NCBI GenBank assembly: GCA_903919215.1
Contig: CAIXHI010000394.1
Coordinates: 1 to 36,154, forward strand
DNA from: an uncultured Acidimicrobiaceae bacterium
GTDB lineage: Bacteria > Actinomycetota > Acidimicrobiia > Acidimicrobiales > Ilumatobacteraceae
Direction of reading: 5' to 3'
Length of the DNA stretch: 36,154 bases
The position numbers and the translations under genes were made by a program. A model generated the notes under the pieces. That model saw nothing but the letters and a program-made list of their open reading frames with translations. It had not been told where the DNA came from and made no database searches. Shown one piece after another: positions 34,384 through 36,154 of the stretch. Positions within the stretch are counted from its first letter, which is position 1, and each line of letters starts with the position of its first letter.

Positions 34384-36154
34384 ATGGCGGTTATCAACGA
34401 GTTGCTCCTTTCGCTGCCGGTAGGCCTGTTCCAGGCTGACCGAGATGGTCGCATTACTGCGGCCAACGCAGCATTCGGCGCGCTCGTTATCGGGTCCACG
34501 ACGTCGCCCGTCGGTCTGCCACCGTGGAGCAACGCGCACCCTGGTGATCGGGCCTCGGCCGAACTCGCGTGGCGTCGAGCTGTCGACGAGGACGGACCGG
34601 TGCAGCTGGACTTCCGTGTGTGGCACGGCGACGGCCAGATGACCTGGGTACGCATCGACGCCGAACCGGTTCGCGACGAGTTCGACCGTGTGGCCAGTTA
34701 CGGCGGCTCGGCGATCAACCAGACCGAGAACGTTCGCCGCGAGCAACTGCTCGACCGACTCACGGGCGTGGTCTGCTCCACCGACGACGCCGTGATCATC
34801 CTCGACCGCAACGGGGCCCCGGTGTTCACCAACCCGGCGGCGCGATCCCTGTTCGGCGTTGACGACGAACTCGATCTTGTCCGCGACCCCGGTGCGCGCG
34901 GCCTGCTGCAAGCGATCCGCGACCAAGTACCCCGCGCCGTGATGGACAGTACCGAGAGCGGCACCTGGTCGGGTGAGGTCGGTTTCCGCGGCCCCGACGG
35001 CCTCGAGCGCACACTCGATATCGATCTGCTGTTGCAGCGTTCACCCGATGGTCTCGTCGAGTACTGGGGTGGGGTGGCCCGCGACATCACAGCCGCGAAG
35101 CACCTGCAGTTGGAGCTCACCCGGCAGGCCAACCACGACCCGCTCACCGGCCTTCCCAACCGCTTGAAGTTGCAGCGCTCCGCGGCCGACGCGCTTGACG
35201 GCATCCGCGGCACCCGCAACAACGTCGCCATCCTGTTCATGGACGTCGACCGCCTCAAAGAAGTCAACGACACCGTCGGGCACGATGTCGGCGACGCGTT
35301 GCTCATGCAGGTCGCTCATCGCATCGCCCACGCAACTCGGCCGTCCGACATCGTCGCCCGCATCGGCGGCGACGAGTTCGTCGTGCTGTGCGACGGGGGT
35401 ATCGACGAGCACAGTGCACTGGAACTTGCTGAGCGCATTCGCCATGCGCTCAGCGGCCGCGTGATGGTGCAGGGAGTCGAGGTCGACCTGTCCGTCAGCA
35501 TCGGTGTCGCCCTGTGCCCAGCGCTGGAGATGGAGGGCGTCGGCGGTAGCGAGGCCGCCGTCGAACTACTGCGCAACGCCGACATCGCGATGTATCAGGC
35601 CAAGCGCCGCGGTCGTTCACGCTGCGAGGTCTATTCCGATGCGATGCGCGTCGAATCGCGCCAGCACAAGGAACTGTCCTCGCGACTCGAGCGGGCCCTC
35701 GCCTCGGGTGAACTGCGTCTGGCCTATCAGCCGATCATCTCCACCCACAGCGGTCGCGTGGCCGGCGCCGAGGCATTACTGCGCTGGGACCACCCCGAGC
35801 GCGGAACGTTGCTGCCGGCGCAGTTCCTGCACCTGGCCGAAGAGTCCGGAGCGATCGTGCCGATCGGCGATTGGGTACTGCGTCAGGCATGCCTCGACGC
35901 ACGCGCCTGGCTCGATGCCGGTCTCGTCGATCGCGGCTTCAGTGTGCACATCAACGTCGCCGCCCGCCAGTTGGCCGAGGGCACGTTCGTGGAGCGGGTG
36001 CTCGCCACCGTCCGCCAAATGGAACTCAGCCCCCATCAACTCACACTCGACTTCGATGAAGACACGCTGAACGACAACCAGCCAGGCACGCTGCGCTCGC
36101 TGCAGGCGTTGCGCCGCTTCGGAGTGCAACTGTCGCTCGACAACTTCGGCACCG
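34384..36154 (+). CDS. PAS-PAS-GGDEF-EAL c-di-GMP signalling protein (3' end beyond the window)
   Basis: Not in the ORF track because there is no stop inside the window. My own translation from the ATG at 34384 is open to the end. It gives MAVINELLLSLPVGLFQADRDGRITAANAAF (PAS), a second PAS (DAVIILDRNGAPVFTNPAARSLF), HDPLTGLPNR, RIGGDEFVVL, GAEALLRW, and a final LSLDNFGT. An in-frame TAA at 34351 bounds the 5' side. Confidence 0.9.
   Translation, partial: MAVINELLLSLPVGLFQADRDGRITAANAAFGALVIGSTTSPVGLPPWSNAHPGDRASAELAWRRAVDEDGPVQLDFRVWHGDGQMTWVRIDAEPVRDEFDRVASYGGSAINQTENVRREQLLDRLTGVVCSTDDAVIILDRNGAPVFTNPAARSLFGVDDELDLVRDPGARGLLQAIRDQVPRAVMDSTESGTWSGEVGFRGPDGLERTLDIDLLLQRSPDGLVEYWGGVARDITAAKHLQLELTRQANHDPLTGLPNRLKLQRSAADALDGIRGTRNNVAILFMDVDRLKEVNDTVGHDVGDALLMQVAHRIAHATRPSDIVARIGGDEFVVLCDGGIDEHSALELAERIRHALSGRVMVQGVEVDLSVSIGVALCPALEMEGVGGSEAAVELLRNADIAMYQAKRRGRSRCEVYSDAMRVESRQHKELSSRLERALASGELRLAYQPIISTHSGRVAGAEALLRWDHPERGTLLPAQFLHLAEESGAIVPIGDWVLRQACLDARAWLDAGLVDRGFSVHINVAARQLAEGTFVERVLATVRQMELSPHQLTLDFDEDTLNDNQPGTLRSLQALRRFGVQLSLDNFGT

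Noticed and set aside
34327-35306. Minus-strand track ORFs 34327-34926 and 34698-35306.
   Set aside because: They are antisense to a plus-strand frame with clear PAS and GGDEF motifs, and they have no motifs of their own.

Overview
This is a densely coding, high-GC chromosomal segment (GC judged by eye, not computed). Its gene content points to Actinomycetota: mycothiol enzymes (Mca, a DinB/MDMPI-type protein), WS/DGAT, an LLM-class oxidoreductase and a conservon. I support 38 protein-coding genes. I found no rRNA, tRNA, CRISPR array, transposase, integrase or phage gene. Order of contents: rarD; a minus-strand co-directional array larE-like, LLM oxidoreductase, SDR, livG-livF-livH-livM and a LivJ-like lipoprotein; an EamA permease; a DUF2157 membrane protein; a fatty-acid set (acyl-CoA dehydrogenase divergent from acyl-CoA synthetase, SDR, LapA-like protein, alpha/beta hydrolase); a Cas4-like Fe-S nuclease translationally coupled to a PAP2 phosphatase, then WS/DGAT; two small unknown proteins flanking an SDR; a complete conservon-type cvnA-B-C-D module; a divergent pair of uncharacterised proteins (one disordered and acidic, one coiled coil); then DinB-like, S9 peptidase, NudC, thiolase, secreted thermonuclease, YdjC/ChbG, SCP2, Mca, a PEBP lipoprotein and a 3'-truncated PAS-PAS-GGDEF-EAL gene. 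That last gene is missing from the ORF track because it runs off the window. Many track ORFs are N-terminally over-extended or are antisense shadow ORFs typical of high-GC DNA, so I re-set starts from RBS and family N-termini. The most system-like and least understood locus is the conservon plus its divergent two-gene neighbour (20859-26255). The most unexplained non-coding structure is a twin ~50-nt palindromic element in the acyl-CoA dehydrogenase/synthetase divergent promoter (12780-12917). I see no defence-island or mobile-element hallmarks, and nothing can be shown to be novel from the sequence alone.
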